DNA of 64,000 bases from the sequence record NC_061450.1, one strand, 5' to 3'. Shown here piece after piece: positions 46,299 to 56,200 of this stretch. Each line of letters opens with the position of its first letter. The first letter of the stretch is position 1. A program made the translations under genes and the position numbers. A model generated the notes under the pieces. It made no database searches. It was given only the letters and a program-made list of their open reading frames with translations, and was not told the DNA's origin.

Positions 46299-47303
46299 TT
46301 ACGCCCTCAGTGCGCCGCGTGCCCAACTACGGGCCAAGTCCAATGTCATACGACTTGGGTTCTGGAGTTTAACCTCACCCTTGTGTACGGCAGTGAACGG
46401 TTCGTTTTTGTTCTCGCCACGACCACTGCGATAGGCAGCTTCATTGAAGCCATCGAACAGAGTAACAACCCAACCAGTAGATTTGTCACTACAGGCACCG
46501 CAGCTTGGGTCCCAGGCAATAACACCGCAGTTTGTGCCAGCACGATTGACAACGTAACTGACTTTCTCTGAGCCGTCATAAGGACTTTTAGCTGTGGCTT
46601 TCTTGAACGTGATACGAGCAGCAGCACTAAGCGACTGAGGCTTGATCAAGTCTTTGAGCTTGGTAACGTCCAGAGTTGACCACCAGCTATCAAACATATG
46701 CCCGATGCGATCTTCAATCGGAGCAGCAACACGGTTGAGACGAGCAACGGTGCTGGTGGGGTCATCAATGATGCGGTTAACAAAGTAAGCACCAAGCAGC
46801 AGAGGCAGAGTGGAGCCTGTAGAGGCAGACGCAACAGCAAGACCTGCTCCTGCGGCCGCAACTACTGCCATGCCGATAGCAACACGGGCCAGAGTTTTAT
46901 AAGTGTTTTGTTCGCCTGTACCACTCAGATCAGCCATGATACGGCTTGCTACATCAGGGTTGGCGGTACGCTTAACAATGTCCAGGATTTCTTCTTGGCT
47001 GAGACTGCGGCCCAGTTTCTTCTTGGCTGCAAGGCGCATTGCATTGTCCAACGCCGCCTTGTCATCATCGTTTAACTCATTGCGCAGACGCTCACTGATG
47101 CGTTCACTCAGGCTGGTCAGGTTTGGCCTGCGAGGAGCCACCTTCCTGCGTTGTACTTTGTTGTTCATGTTGGACGATTTCCTCGGTTGCTGGCGTGCCG
47201 TCACTCTGAGCTTCGAGCGTGGATGATCCTTGAGATACTGCTCCTGCTCTGCTTTGCTCAATTTTTTCCACCAGTCCGGATTGTTCGATAGACTGAGTAA
47301 CAT
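46299..47303 (-). CDS. Hypothetical protein with a hydrophobic segment; probably virion-internal
   Basis: Starts MLLSLSN; WWKKLS..EQ..YL..HP.SK motif; central Ala/Gly hydrophobic stretch. Confidence 0.75.
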   Translation of the reverse strand: MLLSLSNNPDWWKKLSKAEQEQYLKDHPRSKLRVTARQQPRKSSNMNNKVQRRKVAPRRPNLTSLSERISERLRNELNDDDKAALDNAMRLAAKKKLGRSLSQEEILDIVKRTANPDVASRIMADLSGTGEQNTYKTLARVAIGMAVVAAAGAGLAVASASTGSTLPLLLGAYFVNRIIDDPTSTVARLNRVAAPIEDRIGHMFDSWWSTLDVTKLKDLIKPQSLSAAARITFKKATAKSPYDGSEKVSYVVNRAGTNCGVIAWDPSCGACSDKSTGWVVTLFDGFNEAAYRSGRGENKNEPFTAVHKGEVKLQNPSRMTLDLARSWARGALRA

Positions 47304-48342
47304 CTTCGCCTCTCAAAGCTGCGAGTTGGATTAAATAAGTAAGGGCTGGTTCGTAGAGACCTAAGTTGTGCGATGCCCAATAAGCCACCTCCAAACATAA
47401 GTCTAAATTACTTTGACTGCGATCAAACAGCAGGGGTTTTTTGTTTGGATTATTGTATGCTGCAATCCCCTGAATCGCAAAGCCAAGAGCATTTACGTTA
47501 TCGCCTTGACGGTAGAAAGCATCGCAAGCAGTACCATAAGACTCAACACGGTCAGGACGTGCAGCAACTGCCGCATAAGCGCTGGCCATCCAGTTGCGTC
47601 CTGCCATGTACAAGGCACCCAGCAGTTCAACGTGGATAAGTGCTATGTAATCTTTCCAACGACAGATGCGTTCCAACTGTTGGACTTCGGCAAATGCTTC
47701 ATCAATCACTTCAAACTGACCAGCTTTAACCATGTAACACAGTTCACGCGCATAGTAGAAACGTGGACGATCTTCGAATGGCCAATTAGCAACGTCGGTA
47801 GCCAGTTCATTGACATAGTTACGCGGCTTTTCGAAATCAGGAAAGTGGTCCGTATGAAAGTCGTTGAGATCATACAGGCCTTCATTGCGATCATTTGGGT
47901 CATTAGCAATCAACACCTCATGAGCCGCATAGCGCCACTGGTAAAACTGTTTGCGATAGGCTTTCTTTTGAGGGTACTGAGAATCACCGTTGTGCATCTG
48001 AATCCAGATTGCACGCAGGTCATCAATACCTTCGAGTTGTGTGCGTAACACTTCAACCCAATTTGGGTCAGAGAAACGTTCATCGATATCCAACCAAACA
48101 ATAAGGTCATCATCGTTGAACGGCGCAGCGGCCAGATTACGGCTGCGTCCCAAGTCACGAACGTTTGACACGTCATAACTCAGAAAGAAGTTTGGATGGT
48201 TAAATGACTCATAGAAATCAGGAGTTGAGTCCGTGCTGCCTGTATCAACAATCGACACAGCATCAGCCGCACGAACATGCTTCAAAAACTCTCCAATATT
48301 CTTTTCTTCATTCCGGCAAATGGCCGCTACGCAAATTCTCAT
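47104..48342 (-). CDS. GT2 glycosyltransferase with TPR-like C-terminal helices
   Basis: ICVAAICRNEEKNI; VDTGSTD; F...RN.A; WLDIDE (DxD); HE; H..D..K.RNY...L; R.RFYYARE; start reassigned to 48342; the 3' end overlaps the next gene by 200 nt. Confidence 0.85.
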   Translation of the reverse strand: MRICVAAICRNEEKNIGEFLKHVRAADAVSIVDTGSTDSTPDFYESFNHPNFFLSYDVSNVRDLGRSRNLAAAPFNDDDLIVWLDIDERFSDPNWVEVLRTQLEGIDDLRAIWIQMHNGDSQYPQKKAYRKQFYQWRYAAHEVLIANDPNDRNEGLYDLNDFHTDHFPDFEKPRNYVNELATDVANWPFEDRPRFYYARELCYMVKAGQFEVIDEAFAEVQQLERICRWKDYIALIHVELLGALYMAGRNWMASAYAAVAARPDRVESYGTACDAFYRQGDNVNALGFAIQGIAAYNNPNKKPLLFDRSQSNLDLCLEVAYWASHNLGLYEPALTYLIQLAALRGEDVTQSIEQSGLVEKIEQSRAGAVSQGSSTLEAQSDGTPATEEIVQHEQQSTTQEGGSSQAKPDQPE

Positions 48343-48353
48343 GTGCAATCCCA

Positions 48354-49265
48354 CTAGATTAAAATGTTGCCGCTTTCCCACCAGCGCTGACCATAAATGT
48401 CAGTGGCTTTCATCAGAATGTTGATGGGTTGCGAAAGGTCTACTTGGTCCAATGAGGCGCCAGTAGTTGGGTTTTTAACTTGACGTGTTTTGGTGTACAG
48501 TTTGATTTCAACTTCCACATCACCCTGTAGTCCGAACGGGCTGAATGGAATATTTGTATCACCATCAAACGCTGGACCCAACGATGTATCAAGATAAGTA
48601 TCGTAAGTGACCTTATCGTATTGATTGATGATCGTTGGACGTGTTGCTGTGAGTGCGTTAAACGCCGTGTAGTTTGCCGTTGTCTTGGCAACTGCATAAC
48701 GACGCTTGTACACTCGCTTAACACCTTTGGCATCCAGCTCAAGTCTGTATTGGTTGTAGTACCAAGTGAACTCACGATACAGGACAGGGTCAAGTTTAGG
48801 CGTAGGCACTTCGTTGAGTACAAACTGGTGCCGTGAGCCTGTGGTGTCACGTTGATACACGCGCATCAGATATTGGTACCACTGATACACTTCAAAGTTA
48901 ATCTGAGCAATGTTGGATTGCTGTGTGCCGTTAGTCAGGACGTAGTTGCAGCAGTCCACACCGATGTAACCGCTTCGAGGTCGATACACAATCTCCTCAT
49001 TGGGAACATCAAGCAACACGGTACCACGCACTGTCTCAGACAACAGGATGGCGTTTAACCGCCACCCACGTTGAGCAGGAACTTTGTCCAGGATGCCCTC
49101 TGTAGGGCTGTGTCCTGTTTCCTCGTTGCGACTACCTTGAAGCAGCAAGGAACGCAAACTGAATCGCGTCTCCTCACTGTTCTTGGCAGGAATCTTGAGA
49201 TTCGGTGCGTAGGGGACAAAGTTGCGCCAGTAGTCAAACAAACAAACTTGTGCAAGCATGGTCAC
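48354..49265 (-). CDS. Virion protein with an Ig/cadherin-like (Big_9) domain
   Basis: RGTV......IVYRP..GY.G.D...Y.LTNG...SN.A.I...V. Confidence 0.7.
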   Translation of the reverse strand: MTMLAQVCLFDYWRNFVPYAPNLKIPAKNSEETRFSLRSLLLQGSRNEETGHSPTEGILDKVPAQRGWRLNAILLSETVRGTVLLDVPNEEIVYRPRSGYIGVDCCNYVLTNGTQQSNIAQINFEVYQWYQYLMRVYQRDTTGSRHQFVLNEVPTPKLDPVLYREFTWYYNQYRLELDAKGVKRVYKRRYAVAKTTANYTAFNALTATRPTIINQYDKVTYDTYLDTSLGPAFDGDTNIPFSPFGLQGDVEVEIKLYTKTRQVKNPTTGASLDQVDLSQPINILMKATDIYGQRWWESGNILI

Positions 49266-51232
49266 TCCAGTTTGTATCGTTGTTTAAACTCCGCAATAGA
49301 ATACACAGGAATGCCTTTGTCCATAGCCTTTTGCAGCTTGGCACTACCACTGCCCGGGTCTTTGGCAATCAACACTGTGGTGTCAGCCTTCATGCTGTCG
49401 GTAGCAACGCCACCCAGCGCTGTGATCTGAGCCATGAGTTCTTTGTCGCGAATACCCGTAAAGGCAACATGTACGCCACCGAGCTTGCTGCTTACCACAC
49501 GTATCTTGGCAGGAGCCACCAGCTTGATACCAATCTGACCGGCAAGCTGATATGCTTCGATACAGGCACGCGCAATGTCAGGCGACTTGTTTTTAATCCC
49601 GTGAATGTTTGAGATTACCTTAGCAAGTTCCAGTGCGTTCTGGCGACGAATCAGATGTTCAATATCAGGCACACTGTCGATCACCTTATCAAACGTTGTG
49701 TTGGCACCGCGCATGTAATAAGGCGCTGTTGCTTTTAACCACGCATTGACAGGCATAGACTGACGCTTGGCTTTCAGGTCACGGAACAACTGGCTGCCAC
49801 GAGCATCGCCCACAATGTTCTGCATTTGCTCAATGCCGAGCTGGAATACAGCACTAGGTTCAGTGATACCATTGTCAACAAACAGCTTGGCAGTAGATGG
49901 GCCCGCATTCTTGATCTCAAGCTGTTTCAGGAAGCTACCAAGCAGACGACTGGTACTCACGTCTGTTTTGTTCTTGGCAACAAACTCAACGCCATTGACC
50001 TTGTAAGGTACGTCAGGCAGCTTGGGCTTTGCAGCAGGCTTGATGATCTCCATGATGTATGGAATCACTTTGCCACTACGCACCAACTTGACTGTTGCAC
50101 CAGGACCAAGAGGACGTTTGGCATGTGGAGCTGTTGCTTTGCCTTTGGGCTTGAGATAGCCATGCTCAACATAATAACCGTTGTGGCCATTAGCACGCTG
50201 CACAGTCACGCCACCGGTCATGATAGTAGGCGGGAACGTTATAACGGGCTGCAAGATACCATACTTGGTTTCCTGATAGATAACGTCTTTAACTTTGACG
50301 ATTACCGTGTCGGCGTCAACATTCATCTTGAACTTGAATGCGTGCTTGGGATTAGATGCAGTCGCCTTTGGCTGAGGAATATCTTCCGTCAACACAACAC
50401 CGTCCAGCTCATAGATAGCCTTAGACAGGCGTCGCTCCAAGAACTCGATCAGTTGTTCTTCCGTATCAAAGCGCTGGGGAGGAGTATGTTTAACTACCTC
50501 GAATCCCCAACGTTCCAGCATAGCAAACTGTTTGGACTGACGCAGGTTAGCACCCTTGCCTCCAATGATACCAAAGCACACCTGACGCACATACTTGAAC
50601 TCTGAGGCTGTTTCAAAGTTACGAATCAGTCCTGACGCAGCATTACGAGCAGCCTTGAAACGACCACCAGCGGACTCATGTAGTTTGCTCATGAAGGTCT
50701 TTTGAGGAATCAAGGCTTCAAAGCGCATCACCACTTGCTCACGCGTAGGAATCTTTTTAGGAATCCTCATAGCGGGAATGTGGTGAGAAACGTCCTTGCC
50801 GTGAGTCGCATCGCCACGAGTGTAGGCAGCAACAGGCACACCAGCCTCATACACAATCTCAAGGCTCAAGCCATCCAGCTTGTCAGTTGCCACGTACTCA
50901 ACATCCTTTGACAGTGCTTTTGCAATCTGCTTTGAGCCTGCCTGAAACTGATTAAGACTTGCCATAGGCACAGGCAGTTTAACATCAGCATCATCACGCT
51001 GGCCAATCTTTCTCGCCAGCTTTGACTTTGGCCACTTGCTGTCAATGTAAAAACGAATCGCGTCATATACGGCGTCGCTGACAAGCCCTTCACCATCCGT
51101 GTGATAGGCGTTGTCCAGTGCTTTGATTAGATTACCAACCTGTTTCTGGTTCAACGTGTCCAAGACCTTTTGAGGGTTCTTGGACAGCATGTTCAGACTA
51201 ACCGATGCCGATAGTGAAAGCTGTACTTTCAT
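49262..51232 (-). CDS. ligA: NAD-dependent DNA ligase
   Basis: P.PMASL; KLDGLS adenylation motif; TRGD..HG.DVS; ELDGVV; AFK; HhH repeats; C-terminal BRCT (VAFTG.R...GG....S....T..LI); GGAG RBS before the ATG at 51232. Confidence 0.95.
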   Translation of the reverse strand: MKVQLSLSASVSLNMLSKNPQKVLDTLNQKQVGNLIKALDNAYHTDGEGLVSDAVYDAIRFYIDSKWPKSKLARKIGQRDDADVKLPVPMASLNQFQAGSKQIAKALSKDVEYVATDKLDGLSLEIVYEAGVPVAAYTRGDATHGKDVSHHIPAMRIPKKIPTREQVVMRFEALIPQKTFMSKLHESAGGRFKAARNAASGLIRNFETASEFKYVRQVCFGIIGGKGANLRQSKQFAMLERWGFEVVKHTPPQRFDTEEQLIEFLERRLSKAIYELDGVVLTEDIPQPKATASNPKHAFKFKMNVDADTVIVKVKDVIYQETKYGILQPVITFPPTIMTGGVTVQRANGHNGYYVEHGYLKPKGKATAPHAKRPLGPGATVKLVRSGKVIPYIMEIIKPAAKPKLPDVPYKVNGVEFVAKNKTDVSTSRLLGSFLKQLEIKNAGPSTAKLFVDNGITEPSAVFQLGIEQMQNIVGDARGSQLFRDLKAKRQSMPVNAWLKATAPYYMRGANTTFDKVIDSVPDIEHLIRRQNALELAKVISNIHGIKNKSPDIARACIEAYQLAGQIGIKLVAPAKIRVVSSKLGGVHVAFTGIRDKELMAQITALGGVATDSMKADTTVLIAKDPGSGSAKLQKAMDKGIPVYSIAEFKQRYKLE

Positions 51233-51259
51233 GTTATTCTCCATAATGCTCAACATCAC

Positions 51260-51267
51260 TATTTACA
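51260..51267 (-). promoter_or_regulatory. T4-late-like promoter TGTAAATA
   Basis: Intergenic; matches 20443..20450. Confidence 0.4.
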
Positions 51268-51270
51268 GCA

Positions 51271-53148
51271 TTAGGATGTAATCGGTTCTTTGTTAACAGG
51301 GTAATCTTCGGCGAGATCGTACACGCGGTTGAACAGCTTCGGCGTCATATCCTTAACGTGGGTGCAGTAATCAAACAAGTTCTGCTTACGCGCACGATTG
51401 ACACGCACCTGACGTACTTCGTCTGGGCTGTTGGTAATATCAAACACCGTATAGATCACAATGTTGTCTGAGGCGTTGTGGGTGCTGACTCGGAGGATAA
51501 CCCAATCACGCTGTAGTTTGGCATCGGCATTGAAACGAACAATGTCGCCCTCTTCTGCTTCACGCGCTTTGCTGCCTACAGGGTTAGCATTTTGCTTTGC
51601 ATAGTCCTGAGGAGTTTTTGAGGCTTCATCATCGGCAGCTTCTACATCGGGATCGGATTCTGCATCATCAGATTCATCAACGGCAGAGGAAGCGTCGGCG
51701 TCACTGTCATCAACGTCCTCATCTTCTTCGTCTGATTCATCTGTGTTTTCATCATCTGAGGCGTCATCGTCTGTATCTTCATCAGCCTCAATGTCCGCCT
51801 CATCGTCCGCGTCTGCATCCGCATCTTCGTCTTCCTCAACATCAGATTCTTCATCCTGATTGTCCTCATCGTCTTCGGAGTCATCGGGATTATCATCATC
51901 TTCTTCGGTTGCATCAGGAGCAGCAGCAACAGGAGCGGTGCCTTTCTTGCGCACTTTAGCCTTAGGCGCTGGTGGTTCTTCATCGTCCTCAGGCTCATCA
52001 ATAGCACTAAGGTCAAACGCACCATCATCGTCAACGTCGTCATCAACATCGTCATCACGGCCGAACAGCTTGGCAATGCTGTCCTCAATGCCGAGACTAT
52101 CTGCACCAAACGGGTTGGTAACAAGAATGTCGGACATGGCATCTTCTTCATGCGTCATGTCATTGCGCAGCACTTCGTTGAGGTCCAGTTCTTCATCATC
52201 CAGCATACGTTCTTCACGCAGCACACGACGAACACCGCGGCGAATGTCGGCTTTAAACACAGGATGCAGATCTTCAATGACCTTAGGACCAGGTGCTTCC
52301 ATTTCACCACTGCGTACTTTAGCACGTAGTTCAGCCATGCGCCTTTCCTCTTCGGCAGTTGCCTTACGCTGTTGGCGACGAACCTCACGCTGTTCCAACT
52401 GGAGAGCGATGCGATCAGCACGTTGAGCCAAGCGGGCGGCAGCAGCCTTTTCAACAGCGGTGGTTTGTTTCAGACGGCGCAGTTGTTTTCTGTATGACAA
52501 GACTTCTTCGGCAGTAAGCGTGCCTACTGGCCAGTCTGGGAAAGCAAGCACTTTGCTGTCAGCCACAATACGGTCGTACTCCTCAGTTGGCACTTTGATA
52601 TACATGCCATCCTGATTGATAACGATACCGCCTTTAGATTCACGCAGGAAACGCACACCAATCACATCGTTTTTGATGAACTGTTCAATGCCTTTCGAGT
52701 GCTTGATCTTGTAGTTGGGCTGCTCAATGATGCGCCACTGGTAGTTGGAGAAATCAATACCATGCGCAGATTCAACAGGCGTCTTGCGAGGCGCAAAGCG
52801 TGGGTTGTCAATCTGACGGCGGGCCAGTTGACGTTCCATAGTAACAGCACCAGCAGACTTGGTACGTCCTTCACGCTTGACGACACTCGGAACTGACCGC
52901 ATTTTCTTACTGCGATCAATAAAGAAATTTGCAGCAGCCTTATCGATAGGGAAATCGATGTGTGGCATATCAGGGAAAATCAAAGTGAATCGGCTGCCGG
53001 TACGACTAGCAACGAGGCCGAACACATCACCGTTTTTGATCATACGCTTGTGACTACGCTGAGTAACTTCGCGTCCTCTTGGGCCGTCAAATGTATACCA
53101 AGCATACTTGTTCACGGCGTCATCATAGGTAGCAGATAACGAGTGCAT
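51271..53148 (-). CDS. Hypothetical protein with two shared N-terminal domains, a basic coiled coil and a long acidic tract
   Basis: Starts MHSLSA; WYTFDGPRG domain; Arg-rich helix; Asp/Glu tract; SH3-like C-terminus. Confidence 0.8.
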   Translation of the reverse strand: MHSLSATYDDAVNKYAWYTFDGPRGREVTQRSHKRMIKNGDVFGLVASRTGSRFTLIFPDMPHIDFPIDKAAANFFIDRSKKMRSVPSVVKREGRTKSAGAVTMERQLARRQIDNPRFAPRKTPVESAHGIDFSNYQWRIIEQPNYKIKHSKGIEQFIKNDVIGVRFLRESKGGIVINQDGMYIKVPTEEYDRIVADSKVLAFPDWPVGTLTAEEVLSYRKQLRRLKQTTAVEKAAAARLAQRADRIALQLEQREVRRQQRKATAEEERRMAELRAKVRSGEMEAPGPKVIEDLHPVFKADIRRGVRRVLREERMLDDEELDLNEVLRNDMTHEEDAMSDILVTNPFGADSLGIEDSIAKLFGRDDDVDDDVDDDGAFDLSAIDEPEDDEEPPAPKAKVRKKGTAPVAAAPDATEEDDDNPDDSEDDEDNQDEESDVEEDEDADADADDEADIEADEDTDDDASDDENTDESDEEDEDVDDSDADASSAVDESDDAESDPDVEAADDEASKTPQDYAKQNANPVGSKAREAEEGDIVRFNADAKLQRDWVILRVSTHNASDNIVIYTVFDITNSPDEVRQVRVNRARKQNLFDYCTHVKDMTPKLFNRVYDLAEDYPVNKEPITS

Positions 53149-53178
53149 GTATTATTCTCTGTTGGTTGCGGTTACTGA

Positions 53179-53187
53179 AAATTAGCG
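53179..53187 (-). promoter_or_regulatory. Putative late promoter CGCTAATTT
   Basis: Same core, immediately after a terminator. Confidence 0.55.
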
Positions 53188-53195
53188 TCCTGAGG

Positions 53196-53220
53196 AAAAG
53201 CGGGGATATTACCCCCCGCT
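53196..53220 (-). terminator. Rho-independent terminator
   Basis: AGCGGGG-GGTAATAT-CCCCGCT-TTT, overlapping the stop codon. Confidence 0.75.
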
Positions 53221-56200
53221 GAGATAGCCTCTGGTGTCGCAGCCATATGAACCACAGACATTTTCGCAGACAACAACCTGTGCCCACGTCCAATATCCAT
53301 TTGGTTGTTTGATGCCGTACACAGCAGTCGGGTCATGGCCCCAGACCTCTGTAGCGTTTCTCAATGCATCCAGCTCTGTTGCAAAGTAACCCTGTTTCAG
53401 TGGGTCCTGCTCACCATAGTCAACAGCGATAGGCGGCATTTCAGTCACAGGACGAGGCACGTTGATCACTTTAACCACAGGACGAGTAGGACGAGCCTGA
53501 GTCACAGCAATCACAGTATTTGTCTTGCGATCAGCCTGTGCCGTATCAACAGGGTTAGACGCAGGAACAGCAACAAACTTAGCATCCACATTAATACTGG
53601 CAGATAGCACAACAGGCAGCACACGTCCAACACTTGTCTTTTGTCCGTAAGCAGCTTTGGTCACAACAAAAGCAGATTTGGCATTAACAACCTTACCTAC
53701 TTTAGTCGCTGGTGCATACTTGATCTTACCAGTGGCCAGTCTGTGCAACAGGTCATATACATGCCTAACACGGATGTTCAGCTTGTAGGTAAGGGTCTTG
53801 CCCACAGTGCGTCCATGCATCGAGATAGGATATGACTTGGGTTTGGTCACGATTCCCACATACATATCATAACGGAATGTTATACGAGGTACGTGAGTCC
53901 AGCGAGGTTCCCAACTATCAACGTGATACGTCACAGGGCTTGCGGATATATCAGACAAGGCACCGTCTACAGGCAGTGACGTGTATTGGCGTTGTAGTGC
54001 CTGCGCTGCATCAACATCAATGCGTGCTGTTGGTAAGATGACCTGAGGGACAAGGGCATCAATCCAATTGTGCGTGCCACTAGCTTTTTGTGCTCGGTCG
54101 TTTGATTGACCCAGCGCAGGACTAGATTGAATCCATTCAGCACGAGCCGCGTTGTCTATCTGTGCCGTGATAGGGCTGGTGGCATAACGCGCCCGACTTG
54201 TAGAGTCAACGCCAGATACCTTAGACCAAGCAACAAGGCGTACAGTAGGAAGGTCCAACAGCAGACTGTCATAATCAACAGCCGTATCAAACACGTTGAA
54301 CCCTTGCCACACTGGTGCCTCTGCCTCAGCAGAAACAAAGCGATTGTTGTCGTACAAGGTGCCAAGTTGGTCATCACCCGCAACAGGCTGTGTGCCAAAA
54401 CTATCGGTCACAACGGCGTCACGGTGAGGAACAAAGCGCGACAGGAACTCACTATCTGCATAGGCATCCGATACAACAAACTGCCTAGCGTACACAGTGT
54501 CGGCCTTGTCTCCCGTCTGTGCATCAAAGTCCTGATCGTGGTCAGTTCGCGCAGACACGGATGTAGCAACAAACTGAGGCATGTTTGTGGCGATTGTGTT
54601 TGGAGTGCGTGCAACAAACTGAGGAACTGCCGTAGCAACTGCCTTGTCTGCAATAGCCTGATACGTAGGGTCCACAGTAAAGTCATACAACCACTTGAGC
54701 TTAGCATCACCTAACAGGATAGTGTGTGGTTGATCATGACTAGGCAGGCCTTCCATACGCAGCACAGAGGTACAGGCAACGTTTCTGATCTCTGTTTGTG
54801 CATTGTATACGCCACGCACATCAAGAGGTAGATTGACATAAGAGCCATCAATCTGTAACAGGATGCCTGCAGGCACACGCAGGTGCGTATAGAAGTTTGG
54901 AGGTATGGCATCAAACTTTATATCACCGCTGTCGCCCAATACATAGCGCTCTGCTCGTTGCGTTGCGGGCTGAGGGTCAAGCCACACGTTGTCCGCCCAC
55001 ACCTGCCAGTCGTATTCAGTCTGGTCAGTGTTGAACGTGACATGGTATTGCTTGTTCTCTTGTGGGGTAAACTTGATCGTAGCAGACTGGCCTTGGTCAA
55101 GTGTAACCTGCTTGGTGCCGTTGCTGAACAGGGCTGTTGTATCATCAGTCAGCGTGAGATTGAGTTGCTGAGGTCCGGGGTTGGTGAGCGCGTCACTAAC
55201 AACTTCAATTCCTGTTGCCTGGTAAGCCCAGTTTCGGATTGAGTTGAGGATTGGCTCTGCAACAGTATAAATACCAAAGTTAGTGCTGCCGGTACCGACG
55301 GTAACAACAACACGGCTACGAGTGCCTTCATGCAGAACCTCTAAACGTAGTTTGCCATTGTTGGCAATCATGAATGGTTCCGTGGCTTCTACGCCATCGA
55401 TAAAGATCTGCACGTTGTCCGTTGCCGGCTGGCCGTTAACGGTTACACTCACAGGCACTTTGGTGTTGATGCCAGTGATTGTTATTTCTTCTGTACTGTA
55501 TACTTCGCCTTCATCGATACCGCTTACGCTTTCAAAATGGAAAGCATCAGGCAAGGTATCGGGCTTGAGTTCAAACAATCCACTCGAACGGCCAATGGTG
55601 AAAGCAAAGCTGTGACGAGTGATAGTCGGGTGGCTTGCAGTAAACTGCACCACATCACCGTCTTGAACGTACTTAACAGGCTGCCCATTAACCTTAGCAG
55701 TCCACACAACTCCGTCAGGAAAACGAATCTCCAGAGGGATATCTTTATCCGCTGTTTTTACGGTTAAAGAGAACTGAACATTAGCAGAGCCGATTTGATC
55801 AAAATCAGGAATCGTGGCTGAGTAGTCACGCTGATTAAGATGCATCAGGTTGCGAGTCGGTCGGGCTACGGCATAAAAGCGACGACTAGATGAATCGTCT
55901 GTGTATGATGTGCCATAAATTCCGAGATAAGAGAAACCCGGATCGGTGAATGTCGCAGTTGTACCATCAGCAAATCGGATAAGGCTATCAGTACCGTCAG
56001 TATCCAGACCACCAACAAGACCAGTACCGTCAGCAGTCCAGTCGGCCGCAGCGTTATAAACAACACGATTGTCTTGCACAAGATTGCGAGACGGTGCATA
56101 TAAGGCGTTATCCCGAATGTTGAACTGACACACGGCACCTGTCGCAGCGTTGACGCCTACAGCGATAAGTGTCCCAGGAACAAACTGATAAAACGCAAAG

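Noticed and set aside
51597-52426. Plus-strand Ser-rich and His-rich ORFs
   Set aside because: Antisense read-outs of the Asp/Glu tract (GAT/GAA codons)
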